A DNA stretch of 56,259 nucleotides. Origin: Patescibacteria group bacterium. Its GTDB lineage: Bacteria > Patescibacteriota > UBA1384 > XYA2-FULL-43-10 > 1-14-0-10-43-13. Made by a program: the position numbers and the translations under genes. Below, in pieces: positions 56,014-56,259 of the stretch (within the stretch, counting starts at the first letter, position 1; each line of letters opens with the position of its first letter). Below the pieces are notes generated by a model. It ran no database searches. It saw nothing but the letters and a program-made list of their open reading frames with translations, and was not told where the DNA came from. The stretch covers positions 1-56,259 of the forward strand of contig JBAYVE010000006.1 in the NCBI GenBank assembly GCA_041674765.1, written 5' to 3'.

Positions 56014-56259
56014 TTACTCCATTTGATTATCAATAATTGCAGCATACTTACCTTGATGCCAGCCAACTACTCCGGCATCCTTGAGCGATGCGTTAAAAGT
56101 TTCTAGCGCGGACAGTACAGAGTCAGGAAGTTCAGCATCTTCTGGCAAATCATCTTCCCAGTAATCTGCATCTAATTCTCTAAGGTGCTCAGGTTCGCAG
56201 ATAATAAGACGTAATGAATCTATATTCTCTATTTGATGTTCATCAATATAGTCATTAAG
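56014..56259 (-). CDS. 3' part of a variant allele of the 533-1084 gene, truncated at window end
   Basis: LNDYIDEHQ...GVVGWHQGKYAAIIDNQME-stop. Confidence 0.8.
   Translation of the reverse strand, partial: LNDYIDEHQIENIDSLRLIICEPEHLRELDADYWEDDLPEDAELPDSVLSALETFNASLKDAGVVGWHQGKYAAIIDNQME
56030..56259. repeat. 230-bp direct repeat, copy 2
   Basis: Matches 543-772. Confidence 0.95.

Noticed and set aside
56030-56259. True direct terminal repeat of the virion DNA
   Set aside because: The partner copy is internal (543-772), imperfect and mid-gene; fits an assembly loop or variant branch better

Overview
The window is essentially one tailed dsDNA phage genome, probably podovirus-like: P22-type adaptor/hub/ejection gene order, N4-gp56-type capsid, and no tape measure, DNA polymerase or RNA polymerase that I could recognise. 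The host is probably a proteobacterium, inferred from the dUTPase, SSB, sigma70 promoters and Rz/Rz1 spanins. Organisation is lambdoid. A leftward early operon (secreted proteins, Bet, YqaJ exonuclease, SSB, many small ORFs) runs from about 6.5 kb to the left end and appears to continue from the right end down to about 51.65 kb. A rightward arm carries cro, HNH, replication initiator/loader, dUTPase, a nin-like region with two DNA methyltransferases, a Q-like regulator, lysis, packaging, head and tail genes, and an 11.4 kb polyvalent ejection-type gene. The last 230 nt repeat positions 543-772 (7 mismatches, final 103 nt identical), so the contig looks like a ~55.5 kb circle with a variant 5' tail. 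Main points of interest: (1) intact paired OL/OR operators only 129 bp apart, with no cI, cII or integrase; (2) a promoter with an inverted-repeat operator driving ~450 nt of hairpin-rich non-coding sequence followed by an XRE-HTH gene; (3) a C5-methyltransferase whose motif IX lies in a fully overlapping second frame; (4) a TerS-HTH/GIY-YIG-like nuclease chimera beside the real terS; (5) a collagen-fibre plus glycoside-hydrolase cassette between terL and portal; (6) a two-gene insert flanked by 32-bp direct repeats inside a broken Zn-finger gene. All family assignments are motif recognition from memory; no searches were run.
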